Assembly: GCA_019187365.1 (NCBI GenBank)
Contig: JABARE010000046.1
Location: 54,625-118,624, forward strand
DNA: 64,000 nt
Direction: 5' to 3'
From: Saprospiraceae bacterium
GTDB lineage: Bacteria > Bacteroidota > Bacteroidia > Chitinophagales > Saprospiraceae
The notes below the pieces were generated by a model, which was not told the DNA's origin, made no database searches, and saw only the letters and a program-made list of their open reading frames with translations. Of this stretch, positions 19,043 through 28,341 are shown one piece after another. The stretch's first letter is position 1. Each line of letters starts with the position of its first letter. Both the position numbers and the translations under genes were made by a program.

Positions 19043-20251
19043 CTAAAGTGCGGAAAGACCGGGTGGGAAGGTCATGAAATGCCTTTGCTCCGTTTTGCAA
19101 AAATGGCCAATCGAGAGGATCTCCGATGCCGGAAGCACCTGCCCCGTTTTGGTCCGGATGAGGATCTCGTCATCGGCCGGCTCGTAGGGCGTGAATGCCG
19201 ACTGACTCAGGCGGACGAGCTGTGATGCCTCTTCTACACGACAGGCGAACACCCGTATGCATTGTTCCCGCAAGTCTGCCACCTCATGGGCCGGAAATAC
19301 CTGTGCGGAAACCTTCACTTTGAAGAATTTTCTGGACAGAAGGCCGTTTGCCAGAAGGGCCAGCAGCCCGTCTTCGGCATCCGTTGCCATTTTGAGGAAC
19401 ATTTCGACGTCTGCGTCGTCGATGCTTCCGAACATGTCGAGCTGTTCTTCCTGCTTGCCGGTTCCATCCTTTTCTTTTAGCTCAATGAAATAGGCGAGTG
19501 CCGGTGAAGCTCCGCGAGTCCATCCCAAATGCTTGGCTCGCGCCAACAACAATTCGAGCATTTGCTCTGCAACGATGCAAGTCTTGTGCATATAGACCTG
19601 CCAGTACATGAGCCGGCGAGCAGCGAGGTAATTTTCGATGGACAATCCTGCCTTTTCCTCAAAAACAAGGCGGCCGTCGTCAACGTCCATCATAGTCAGC
19701 AGCCGGTGATAACCAATGGACCCCTCTACTACTCCGCTGTAAAAACTGTCGCGATTGAGGTAGTCCATCCTGTCTACATCCAACTGACCCGTGACGAGCT
19801 GACACAGGAAGCGCTTGGGATGATTACCCGCAAAGATTTCCATTGCAGGGCGAAGTCTCCCTCCGAATTCTGCATCGAGGCGCTCCATAATTCTGAGGGT
19901 AATCGCTTCGTGTTCGATCGGCAGAAGGCTGTTTTCGAGTGCGTGTGAGAAAGGGCCGTGACCGGCATCGTGCAGCAATGCGGCGATGAGCGCTCCTTCT
20001 GCTTCCTCCTCAGAAATGGCCTGTCCCTTCATCCTAAGGATCTCAATGGCACGCGACATGAGGTGAAATACTCCCATGGCATGGTGGAACCTGCTGTGCA
20101 CAGCACCCGGATAGACAAAGTCGCTGAGTCCGAGTTGCTTGATCCGGCGCAGCCGCTGAAACCAGGGATGGTCGATGAGTTCGAGGATGAGACCCCTTGG
20201 TATCATGACAAACCCGTAAATGGGGTCGTTCAATACTTTGTATGAAGGCAC
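19043..20251 (-). CDS. HD-domain phosphohydrolase (COG1078 / SAMHD1-like dNTPase family)
   Basis: 402 aa with an apparent GTG start. It has N-terminal LNDPIYGFV and the HD motifs HSRFHH...LLHDAGHGPFSH...DVDRMDYLNRD. Confidence 0.82.
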   Translation of the reverse strand: MPSYKVLNDPIYGFVMIPRGLILELIDHPWFQRLRRIKQLGLSDFVYPGAVHSRFHHAMGVFHLMSRAIEILRMKGQAISEEEAEGALIAALLHDAGHGPFSHALENSLLPIEHEAITLRIMERLDAEFGGRLRPAMEIFAGNHPKRFLCQLVTGQLDVDRMDYLNRDSFYSGVVEGSIGYHRLLTMMDVDDGRLVFEEKAGLSIENYLAARRLMYWQVYMHKTCIVAEQMLELLLARAKHLGWTRGASPALAYFIELKEKDGTGKQEEQLDMFGSIDDADVEMFLKMATDAEDGLLALLANGLLSRKFFKVKVSAQVFPAHEVADLREQCIRVFACRVEEASQLVRLSQSAFTPYEPADDEILIRTKTGQVLPASEILSIGHFCKTEQRHFMTFPPGLSAL

Positions 20252-20311
20252 GTTATAAAAAAATACTATCTTTTCCGCTGCGGGCGTTGATCATGGACAA
20301 TCCGCTAAAGT

Positions 20312-21877
20312 ATGGATAAAATCAGGATTCTATGGGTGGACGACGAAATCGATTCGCTCAAACCACAGATCTTTTTCCTCGAAAAAAAGGGCCACTACCT
20401 GGAAACCTGCACCAACGGTCACGACGCGCTGGCAGCGCTCGAAAAGAATCCAGGCTCATTTGACCTGGTGTTCCTCGACGAGAGCATGCCGGGAATTACA
20501 GGCCTGGAGACGCTGGCCCGCATGCGCGAAGCGGGAATGCAGATGCCGGCTGTGCTGGTTACCAAAAACGAAGCGGAGAACATCATGGACGATGCCATCG
20601 GGTCCCAAATCGCCGATTACCTCATCAAGCCCGTGAACCCCAACCAGCTCGTCCTCACCATCAAAAAGCTGATTGAAAACAAGCGACTCGTTTCGGAGAA
20701 AACGACGAGCCATTACCAGTCCGCTTTCCGAGAACTGGCCATGGAAATCAACGGAAATCCCGATTATACAGGCTGGGTGGATATTTACAAAAAACTCATC
20801 CAATGGGAATTGCGCTTTGAGCCGGGAACCTCGTCCGATATGGCAGAGATCCTGTCAAACCAGAAGTACGAGGCCAACAATGAATTTTGCAAGTACATCT
20901 CAGGCCATTACCTGCAATGGATGCAATCGGACAAAGTGCCCCAGCCCATTTGGTCTCATCAGTTATTTGCGCACAAAGTGTTTCCCTTACTCCGGGATGA
21001 TGCGCCAACGATTTTTTTACTTCTCGACAATCTGCGCTATGACCAGTGGAAAGTCATTGAGCCTCTGATTTCAGAGCGCTACCAGGTTGCTGATGAAGAT
21101 GCTTTCTTCGCAATTCTTCCAACCACGACCCAGTATAGCCGGAATGCCATCTTTGCCGGGATGCTGCCCGCCGAGATCGAATCGTTTTATCCGGACTGGT
21201 GGCTCAACGACAACGAAGAGGGTGGTAAAAACCTCAAAGAACCGGACCTGCTGGCAGCGCAGATACGCCGGACCTTTCGCAAGGAGATCCGGTTTGACTA
21301 TGTTAAGATCCTGAACAGCCAACAAGGCAAACAACTGTTAGACAACATTCACAACTATCTGCGGAACCACCTTACGGTCATTGTGTACAATTTCATCGAC
21401 ATGCTGTCGCATGCCCGTACGGAGATGGAAGTGCTCAAGGAACTGGCAGCCGACGAAAAAGCCTACCGCTCGCTCACGCGAAGCTGGTTTACGCATTCTC
21501 CGCTCTGGGCAGCCCTTCAAAGGATTGCCGACCAGGATGTGCAAATTATCCTTACAACGGACCACGGAACGATCCGCGTAAAGAATCCTTCGAAAGTAGC
21601 CGCCGACCGCGATACGACCACGAACCTGCGCTACAAGGTCGGCAAAAACCTCAACTACGAAAAGCGGGACGTCGTGGAGATCAAGGATCCACCCAGGGCA
21701 GGCTTGCCAAGACCCAACCTGAGCTCAGCTTACATTTTTGCCCGAAACGACACCTATTTCCTGTACCCCAATAATTACAGTTACTACCTGAATTATTACC
21801 GCAATACGTTTCAGCACGGAGGCGTCTCAATGGAAGAAATGATCTGCCCGGTCGTTCGTTTGCATTCAAAAAAATGA
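20312..21877 (+). CDS. porX: PorX-type response regulator (receiver domain fused to PglZ/alkaline-phosphatase-like domain)
   Basis: 521 aa. The N-terminal REC domain reads ILWVDDEIDSL...DLVFLDESMPG...IKP. The C-terminal PglZ-like region reads LLLDNLRYDQW...LTTDHGT. Length and architecture match the T9SS regulator PorX. Confidence 0.82.
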   Translation: MDKIRILWVDDEIDSLKPQIFFLEKKGHYLETCTNGHDALAALEKNPGSFDLVFLDESMPGITGLETLARMREAGMQMPAVLVTKNEAENIMDDAIGSQIADYLIKPVNPNQLVLTIKKLIENKRLVSEKTTSHYQSAFRELAMEINGNPDYTGWVDIYKKLIQWELRFEPGTSSDMAEILSNQKYEANNEFCKYISGHYLQWMQSDKVPQPIWSHQLFAHKVFPLLRDDAPTIFLLLDNLRYDQWKVIEPLISERYQVADEDAFFAILPTTTQYSRNAIFAGMLPAEIESFYPDWWLNDNEEGGKNLKEPDLLAAQIRRTFRKEIRFDYVKILNSQQGKQLLDNIHNYLRNHLTVIVYNFIDMLSHARTEMEVLKELAADEKAYRSLTRSWFTHSPLWAALQRIADQDVQIILTTDHGTIRVKNPSKVAADRDTTTNLRYKVGKNLNYEKRDVVEIKDPPRAGLPRPNLSSAYIFARNDTYFLYPNNYSYYLNYYRNTFQHGGVSMEEMICPVVRLHSKK

Positions 21878-21931
21878 ACATATTAACGAACGTTCGTTAG
21901 CTCATCCCAATTCAACTTAATAAGCTGCCGG

Positions 21932-22384
21932 TCACATGGATTCCGGATCAGTTCCGTTTTGTCTTATAATCAGGCTGCGAATGAACTTTTCATTTTCCTG
22001 ACTGCACAGCATACGCACCTGTTTACCGAAGGAGGTACTTCCGGGAAAATGAAGAATCAGGATAGAAATACCCAAAATGCGCTTTCTTTCGGTGCGCTGC
22101 AGGCCCCGGTCGTCAACTTTTGCTGTGCGGAAGTAGTTGGTAATGTAGAAATACCCGTCACCCCACTCCACTCGCCTGAGCCGCATGAACACCCAGTACA
22201 TGCACGCAAAACCGCAAACGGTGAATGCACTGATGGCCATGCGAAATGCATGGGGATTGCTCAAAGGAAGGTCCTCAGCAGGCGTTAATACCGTAAAAAG
22301 GGAGAAGCTACCAAAAAATACGGTCCACCACACGGGAAGGAAGATGGCCAAAGCAAAGGTCAATGAACTCGATAGCTGACGCAT
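21932..22384 (-). CDS. small membrane protein, function unknown
   Basis: 150 aa from ATG 22384 (MRQLSSSLTFALAIFLPVWWTVFFGSF...) with 2-3 TM helices followed by a soluble tail. The start codon lies 1 nt after the tatC stop. Confidence 0.5.
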   Translation of the reverse strand: MRQLSSSLTFALAIFLPVWWTVFFGSFSLFTVLTPAEDLPLSNPHAFRMAISAFTVCGFACMYWVFMRLRRVEWGDGYFYITNYFRTAKVDDRGLQRTERKRILGISILILHFPGSTSFGKQVRMLCSQENEKFIRSLIIRQNGTDPESM

Positions 22385-22385
22385 A

Positions 22386-23207
22386 TCAGGCCGGAATATC
22401 CTTGGGATAGTAAATGGCTGCAATGTATATACTCAGTTCATACAGCAGGAGCAATGGAAGAGTGACCACCATCATAGAGGTAATGTCGGGAGGGGTGATG
22501 ACGGCAGCCAAAACCAGTATGATCACTACCGCGTGTCTGCGGTAGGTTTTCATAAATCCCGGACCCATTATGCCGAGCTTTGCGAGAAAGTAAACAGCGA
22601 GCGGCATCTCAAATACCAGACCCGTGGCCATGGTGTACATGGTCATGGCGTCCACATAAGAACTCAGTGTTGCCGTGGCCTCAACCAGGCCGCTGACATT
22701 GTAGGAAGTGAGAAAGGTAACCGAAAACGGGGCGAGGATAAAATAGCCAAAAAGCACTCCAAGCAGAAAGAGCATGGTACACCAGAAAATGACGCCTCGC
22801 GTTGCCCGGAGTTCGCGTTCATACAATCCGGGACGGACGAATTTCCAAAATTCGTTAAAGACAAAAGGGAAGGCAAGGGTGAGTCCCAGAAAAAAACTTA
22901 CTTTGAGGTGCACCATCAGTTGTTCTGACAGTTCGCGCGTGATGAGTTTGACGCCGGAGGGGTGGAAGCAGGTAAATTCTGAAAGCTGGCAAAAAAAGCG
23001 GTAAGTGATGAAATCTTCATGCAGGGGGCCCAGGATCACGACGTCGAAAATAAAGCGCTTTTGCAAAAAGACGATGAGGGCGCCGATAAAAATGTAGATG
23101 GCGGCGCGGAAAAGGTGTGAACGCAATGCATCGAGATGCTCGAAGAACGTCATCTCCACGGCGCTGGAGTTTCCGGATTTCCTGTTCTTAAAAAATTTGG
23201 ACAGCAT
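22386..23207 (-). CDS. tatC: twin-arginine translocase subunit TatC
   Basis: It has the MTFFEHLDALRSHLFR TatC N-terminal signature and six TM helices. ATG 23207 is preferred over the track start at 23258. Confidence 0.9.
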   Translation of the reverse strand: MLSKFFKNRKSGNSSAVEMTFFEHLDALRSHLFRAAIYIFIGALIVFLQKRFIFDVVILGPLHEDFITYRFFCQLSEFTCFHPSGVKLITRELSEQLMVHLKVSFFLGLTLAFPFVFNEFWKFVRPGLYERELRATRGVIFWCTMLFLLGVLFGYFILAPFSVTFLTSYNVSGLVEATATLSSYVDAMTMYTMATGLVFEMPLAVYFLAKLGIMGPGFMKTYRRHAVVIILVLAAVITPPDITSMMVVTLPLLLLYELSIYIAAIYYPKDIPA

Positions 23208-23232
23208 GATTTCCCACAAAGGGTGCAAAACT

Positions 23233-23240
23233 GCAAATTT
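23233..23240 (-). promoter_or_regulatory. Bacteroidota -7 promoter box TAAATTTG upstream of tatC
   Basis: The reverse complement of caaattta matches TAnnTTTG, 25 nt upstream of ATG 23207. Confidence 0.4.
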
Positions 23241-23300
23241 AAACTGATATGGCCACAAGCCCGAGGGTATTGCGGGACACCCGGACTTAGGGATATTGGC

Positions 23301-23308
23301 TAATTTTG
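23301..23308 (+). promoter_or_regulatory. Bacteroidota -7 promoter box TAATTTTG upstream of the LamG/T9SS type-B gene
   Basis: It is a perfect TAnnTTTG match only 7 nt before ATG 23316, which would imply a (near-)leaderless mRNA. Confidence 0.4.
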
Positions 23309-23315
23309 CGACGTG

Positions 23316-24497
23316 ATGAAAGTATGCCTGCTGATCCTTTTACTGCCCCTGGTCCTCCCCGGCCAGGAACGACAAAAACTGGTCTTCCGATTCGATCAGT
23401 GTGCCCTCGACGAAGAGAATCAATTCGTTAGCCCACTGGTACTCGCCTCGGCGGGCCTTTGCGATTGCGGGCTGGAAAGCGATGCGCTTCGACTGGACCA
23501 GCAATCGGTTAGCCTAAGCGCGGAGGTCGATACCACCTTTTATGGCAATTTCAGCCTTGGTTTTTCTGTTTTGCTCGAATCCGGCCCCGGAACCACCGAC
23601 CTGGTTTCAAAAATGTCGTTCTGCAATGCCGACACATCCATGAACATCGTTTATCAGTCGGATGATTCCATTTTTGTATGCACCTTTCAGCAGGGTTTCG
23701 ACAAAATTGTCCAGCTCGTGGGCAAAGCGGATGTGCAATCGTGCTGGCAACAGCTCGTCATCGTCCGGTCTGACGGAAAACTCCGGTTGTTTGTGAACGG
23801 CCGTTTGCGCGATGAACGCAACACCAGTTACATCCTGCGACTCAACAACCGCCAGCCCCTGCGCTTCAATGCATCGCCCTGTCCTTCCGTCGTCCGCGCA
23901 AAGGGACTGCTCGACCAGGTATTTCTGGCTAATTACCCGATGAACATAACAGAAGTCGCGTCGGAGCTCATCCTGCAGGACCAGATCCTGACGCCGGACA
24001 CGCTCATTTTTCTTGGGGCATCCGTTTCGCTTCGAGCCGTTTCGGATTGTGCCACGCGGGTACAGTGGACGCCTCTCTCCTATCTGACTTCCGCTGACAT
24101 CTTACAACCCACTGCAACGCCTCCCTCCGAGATACAATATGTACTCAGCATGCAGAATGCGTTTTGCCGTGCAACAGACACCGTGCTGATCCGCGTCGTC
24201 GATACCTCGCAAAGCGATTGCAGCAAACTGCATCTGCCAACGGCGTTCACTCCAAACGGAGACGAGGTCAACGATCAATTTTTTATTTCAAACAATTACC
24301 TCGTCGAGCGGCTGCATTATTTCGATATCCTCGACCGCAACGGTGGGTTGATGGTGCGGATCACAGATCCTAAAGCGGGCTGGGATGGTAGTCTTCAGGG
24401 AACTCTGCTCAACCCCGGAAGCTATCTCTACCGCATAGCGTATACATGTAAGGGACGCGACTACAAGACCAAGGGCTCCGTATTTCTCCTGCGCTGA
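23316..24497 (+). CDS. secreted LamG-like protein with gliding-motility-associated (T9SS type-B, CHU_C) C-terminal domain
   Basis: It has a signal peptide, a LamG_3-like stretch (LVIVRSDGKLRLFVNGRL), and a C-terminal PTAFTPNGDEVNDQFFISN...GSVFLLR type-B sorting domain. Confidence 0.75.
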   Translation: MKVCLLILLLPLVLPGQERQKLVFRFDQCALDEENQFVSPLVLASAGLCDCGLESDALRLDQQSVSLSAEVDTTFYGNFSLGFSVLLESGPGTTDLVSKMSFCNADTSMNIVYQSDDSIFVCTFQQGFDKIVQLVGKADVQSCWQQLVIVRSDGKLRLFVNGRLRDERNTSYILRLNNRQPLRFNASPCPSVVRAKGLLDQVFLANYPMNITEVASELILQDQILTPDTLIFLGASVSLRAVSDCATRVQWTPLSYLTSADILQPTATPPSEIQYVLSMQNAFCRATDTVLIRVVDTSQSDCSKLHLPTAFTPNGDEVNDQFFISNNYLVERLHYFDILDRNGGLMVRITDPKAGWDGSLQGTLLNPGSYLYRIAYTCKGRDYKTKGSVFLLR

Positions 24498-24505
24498 ACG
24501 GATTC

Positions 24506-27500
24506 TTACCGCATCAGGGTGATGTCACCGCGATAGGCGATGCGGCTGCCATCCTGGAACTCAATTTCTGCGATGTAAACAAACACTCCCGGATTCATCA
24601 GGTCGCCGGTATGGCCTGCGCGGCCGTTCCACAATTTGACTTTGGAACCGTCTATAGCCGGGTTCTCTGTGGTTGCCACCAGGTTTCCCCAACGGTCGAA
24701 CACCCGAAAACTTCGTATGGCCTGCACTCCAGAGCCCACCGCCACCTCAAATTCATCGTTGATGTTGTCTCCATTGGGTGAAAAGACGTTGGGTGGGTAA
24801 AACCGGCGCGTGCTGCGCACCACGATGGTTATGTTGTCGGAAATCTCGCATCCGTCGGCATCGACGATTTTGAGCACATAGGCCGTTGTCCGCGTTGGAC
24901 TGGCAAAGGAGGCGGTTGCCGCAGGGTCAGTTATGCCCGTCGCAGGCGTCCACATCACCGTAGCCACGCCCGCAGAGCTTACGGGCTTGCCGTCGAGCAG
25001 GACGCTATCGCCCAACTGGATGGTATCGAAATCCCTGCCAAAGTCGAGCGCGAGAAAATTGGTGGCGCTGCCAATGGTAATGCTCGTATCGAGAGGACAG
25101 TTGTTGCTGTCGTAAATGCGAATGGCGTAAATGCCCGGTGTCAGCGGAACCTGATCCCCCAGCGATTGAGGAGCTCCGTTGTTGATCGTAAACCGGTAGC
25201 CGTTCCCGGAACCACCGGTAGCCTGGGTGACGCTAAAGAGATAGCTATCCCCCGGACACTTGGGGGAACCGGGAGGCGTCATGGTTGCAAGGATGTCGGG
25301 TGGCGCACCGATGGAATGCGTTACCTCACCGGTGCAACCTTTGCTGTCGGTGACGAACAGCGTATACGTACCGGCGTCGAGATTGGTCAGCACGGAGTCT
25401 CTGAGGTTGGGGGGCGTCCAGCTGAATATGCCGGCGCCACCGTTGCCTCCGGTCCAGGCCGTAGTGATCCGGCCGTCGTTGCGTCCCGGACAACTCACGT
25501 CGAGCGTGGCACCGGGAATGATGTCAATGCGTATGGAATCGGGCTGTCGCAACCGGATGGAGTCAAGGTGGGTACAATTGAAACTGTCCTTTACCGTGAC
25601 GTAGTACATGCCATCGGCCAGTCCCTGAATGTTGGGCGAATTAACAGCCGGGCTGGTCCAGCAATACTGGTATGGGCCTTTTCCTCCTATGGCACGTACA
25701 GAGATGGCGCCATCGCTGAACCCGTAACAAGTTGGGGGCACCACCGAAACAAAATTGTTGTCGAGCGACAGTGGAACGGCATCGGGAACGTCAAACACCA
25801 TGGTGTCCGAACAAAAGCCGCAGGTTGCAATGACGAATTGCTGCCCGGCGCAAAGCTGCGAAGCCGTGCTGTTGCGGCCTATGGTCTGCTCGCCGGAAGA
25901 CCAGGTAAGGGTCGTCGCGGTGTCGAGGCAAATCATGGAGGCAGATGCGCGACCATCGCACGTGCCCGGGGTGGCGCATGTAGGGGACTGTACCCCCGAA
26001 ATGCTGATGCCGATGGCCGGAGGGTCTGTCAGTGTAAAGCAGGTATCGAATGGAGGACAATTGCCAAAATCGCCGATGCGCACGCAATAGCGTCCCGCCT
26101 TCAGATTGGTGTTGTTCGCGGTTTGAGGGCCGTTGTCCCAATTGTAGGTGTAGGGTCCCTGTCCACCGGTAACGGTGAGGATGATAAACCCGTCGGCACT
26201 GCCATGACACCTGGGTTCGCGCAAGACCGCCGAGGTGACGCGCAATGCGTTGCCTGCTGGTGCGATCAGCACGCTCAGACTGTCCGTGCATCCATTTTCA
26301 TCGGTAACGGTCACCGAATACCGGCCTTCCCTCAGCATATTGATGGTGGCGGTTGTTTCATTGGTATTCCAGCGTATGGAGGCAATCGGACGCGCTCCCT
26401 CCGTATAATGCACAGTAGCCGACCCGCTGGGATCTCCAGCGCATGCCGGACCAGTCCATTGAATGCTGTCGATGACGATGGCTGCAGGCCTGATAACGGT
26501 ATAGGTCTTCGTAGCCGAACAGTTGTTCTCATCGGTTAGGGTCAAGGTGTAAGTCCCCTGCCCCACGCCGCTCAAAAGGGGTCCGGAAGCAGAGTTGCTC
26601 CAGTTGAACTGGTAAGCGCCAGTCCCCCCGAATCCGCGCACGCGAACCGAGGCATCCATTCCGGGGGTGCACGATTCCACCGTATCGACGTCGATGTCGA
26701 TGATTTCGAGTGGTTGAGCTTGCGAGATCAGTATAGTATCCAAACGGGTGCACCCGCTCGTATCGGTTATCTGCAGAAAATAGGTTCCTGCGCTCAGCAG
26801 CGGACTCGAGTAACGGTCGACGCCGTTTACACCACCCAGAATGGGATTGTTGAAGGCATCGGTCAGCCTGAAAGCCAGGGGGATGTTCAGCGTCCCGTTG
26901 GAACGGACAAATGAATGGATCCTCGCAGAGGTGTCACCCCAGCATAGGATCGGGTCTATGACGATCGAATCCAGCAAAGCACCTGAGTAGGGAATGTCGA
27001 AGAATACCGTGTCGGAACAAGAGCGCGAATCGCGGATGATCACAAACTGGCTTCCGGAAAGGCGGTAATTGTAGGAAGCCGTATCGGTTGAGTTGGCTGC
27101 GACATTCTGACTCCAGAAAAAATCGTAGAGATTGCCAGGGTACGGATTGCCCCCTCTTGCCCGCGCAACCGCGCTTCCGTCGTCTGTGCAGGAAGCGTCT
27201 TTGAGCACGTCAACTTCTGAAAAGATGGTGTCTGCAAACAACTTGAAGGTTTCGGTTGCCAGACAGCCGGAGGAGTCGCGAACCGTAACCGTATAGTCGC
27301 CTACCGGCAAACGTCGCAGGGTGGTCAGACCATAATCCCCTGTGGGCCTCCACCCAATGGTCAGTGGACCGATCCCACCGGTAATTCTGATGTTGATTTC
27401 GCCATCAGCGGAATTCCAGCACCTGGGTTGGATGATCCCGTTTGAGAATATGGCGATCGGCGTTCCCGTTCCCACCTTAACGTTGAGTATGGTGTCCTTG

Positions 27501-28234
27501 CCGCTGGCATCGCGCACGGTGATGACGTAATCGCCGGGGAAGAGGTTGTTGTAAACCAGGCAGTCTCCGCTTTGATACAGCGTATCGCTCTGAGGCGGCA
27601 CCAGTCGGTTGATGTAATACGGAGGAGTGCCGCCATACGGCTTGATGGTGATGTTCCCCGAATTGGTCAGCGTTCCACAGGAATACGCCAAAACACAAAG
27701 GTTGACGGGCAGTCCGATGCAAATTTCGTCGTCCTGCGTATTGATGCGCTCAAAGCAGTATTCGTCAGCATTGCAATCGAGGACTTCGTTTTGTATCGGG
27801 CTCCTATTGAAAAAATCGATTCCAGTGCAACTTCCGGGTTCGCCGATCAACTTAAATTTGATCATGATCAGTGTGTCGCCGTCTTTAAGTCCGGAACAAT
27901 CGGCATTTGGGTTGGCCCATAAAAAGCGCACGATCTTTCTCACTGCGTCGAAATTGATGGCAGTCGTGTCCAGTCCAACCAAATTTGGGTACGTCCATTT
28001 TCCAACCGGGACGACCGTTTGAGGATCGTAGGTAAGGCCAAACTGCACCGAAAGAATGGTGTCAAAATTGTAAACGACGACCGGCACCCAGATGCAATCG
28101 CCTTTGGCGGCGTTTCCCCCGATGATGTCAAATTGTACGCAGTTGCCCTGTGAAAAAGCGGCAGACGGTAGGTTTAGACTCAGAATCAGGGCAATATGCA
28201 GGTGTAAGCGTTTCCATAGCATTGAAAAGATCAT
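24506..28234 (-). CDS. large SprB-repeat cell-surface protein with N-terminal cohesin-like domain and T9SS type-B C-terminal domain
   Basis: 1242 aa from ATG 28234. It has many roughly 80-aa repeats carrying GG(T/I/Q)(P/G)PY(Y/T)-type SprB motifs (GGTPPYY, GGIGPLT, GGQGPYTYNW, GGKGPYQYCW). The C-terminus reads PNVFSPNGDNINDEFEV...GDITLMR. Confidence 0.85.
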   Translation of the reverse strand: MIFSMLWKRLHLHIALILSLNLPSAAFSQGNCVQFDIIGGNAAKGDCIWVPVVVYNFDTILSVQFGLTYDPQTVVPVGKWTYPNLVGLDTTAINFDAVRKIVRFLWANPNADCSGLKDGDTLIMIKFKLIGEPGSCTGIDFFNRSPIQNEVLDCNADEYCFERINTQDDEICIGLPVNLCVLAYSCGTLTNSGNITIKPYGGTPPYYINRLVPPQSDTLYQSGDCLVYNNLFPGDYVITVRDASGKDTILNVKVGTGTPIAIFSNGIIQPRCWNSADGEINIRITGGIGPLTIGWRPTGDYGLTTLRRLPVGDYTVTVRDSSGCLATETFKLFADTIFSEVDVLKDASCTDDGSAVARARGGNPYPGNLYDFFWSQNVAANSTDTASYNYRLSGSQFVIIRDSRSCSDTVFFDIPYSGALLDSIVIDPILCWGDTSARIHSFVRSNGTLNIPLAFRLTDAFNNPILGGVNGVDRYSSPLLSAGTYFLQITDTSGCTRLDTILISQAQPLEIIDIDVDTVESCTPGMDASVRVRGFGGTGAYQFNWSNSASGPLLSGVGQGTYTLTLTDENNCSATKTYTVIRPAAIVIDSIQWTGPACAGDPSGSATVHYTEGARPIASIRWNTNETTATINMLREGRYSVTVTDENGCTDSLSVLIAPAGNALRVTSAVLREPRCHGSADGFIILTVTGGQGPYTYNWDNGPQTANNTNLKAGRYCVRIGDFGNCPPFDTCFTLTDPPAIGISISGVQSPTCATPGTCDGRASASMICLDTATTLTWSSGEQTIGRNSTASQLCAGQQFVIATCGFCSDTMVFDVPDAVPLSLDNNFVSVVPPTCYGFSDGAISVRAIGGKGPYQYCWTSPAVNSPNIQGLADGMYYVTVKDSFNCTHLDSIRLRQPDSIRIDIIPGATLDVSCPGRNDGRITTAWTGGNGGAGIFSWTPPNLRDSVLTNLDAGTYTLFVTDSKGCTGEVTHSIGAPPDILATMTPPGSPKCPGDSYLFSVTQATGGSGNGYRFTINNGAPQSLGDQVPLTPGIYAIRIYDSNNCPLDTSITIGSATNFLALDFGRDFDTIQLGDSVLLDGKPVSSAGVATVMWTPATGITDPAATASFASPTRTTAYVLKIVDADGCEISDNITIVVRSTRRFYPPNVFSPNGDNINDEFEVAVGSGVQAIRSFRVFDRWGNLVATTENPAIDGSKVKLWNGRAGHTGDLMNPGVFVYIAEIEFQDGSRIAYRGDITLMR

Positions 28235-28254
28235 CAAAACTTCGTTTTAAGTCG

Positions 28255-28262
28255 CAAAGATA
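28255..28262 (-). promoter_or_regulatory. Bacteroidota -7 promoter box TATCTTTG upstream of the SprB-repeat gene
   Basis: The reverse complement of caaagata matches TAnnTTTG, 20 nt upstream of ATG 28234. Confidence 0.45.
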
Positions 28263-28341
28263 TTACTTAAAAGTATGATATGACAGGTTAGGCTTCTCCA
28301 GACAACAACGCAGGAAGCCGGTCCGAAATTCTTAAGAGGCC

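Noticed and set aside
19043-20251. HD/dNTPase gene as an anti-phage dGTPase-type defence gene
   Set aside because: It is a single gene in a housekeeping context between glyA and porX, with no mobile or defence neighbours. The sequence alone gives no basis for a defence role.
20312-21877. PglZ domain as a sign of a BREX-type defence system
   Set aside because: The PglZ domain is fused to an N-terminal receiver domain, which is the PorX architecture. None of the other BREX genes (pglX methyltransferase, brxC, brxL and others) are nearby.
25166-26539. 457-aa ORF antisense to the SprB-repeat gene
   Set aside because: It is a shadow ORF. The translation is Gly/Arg/Ala-rich and reflects the repeats on the opposite strand.
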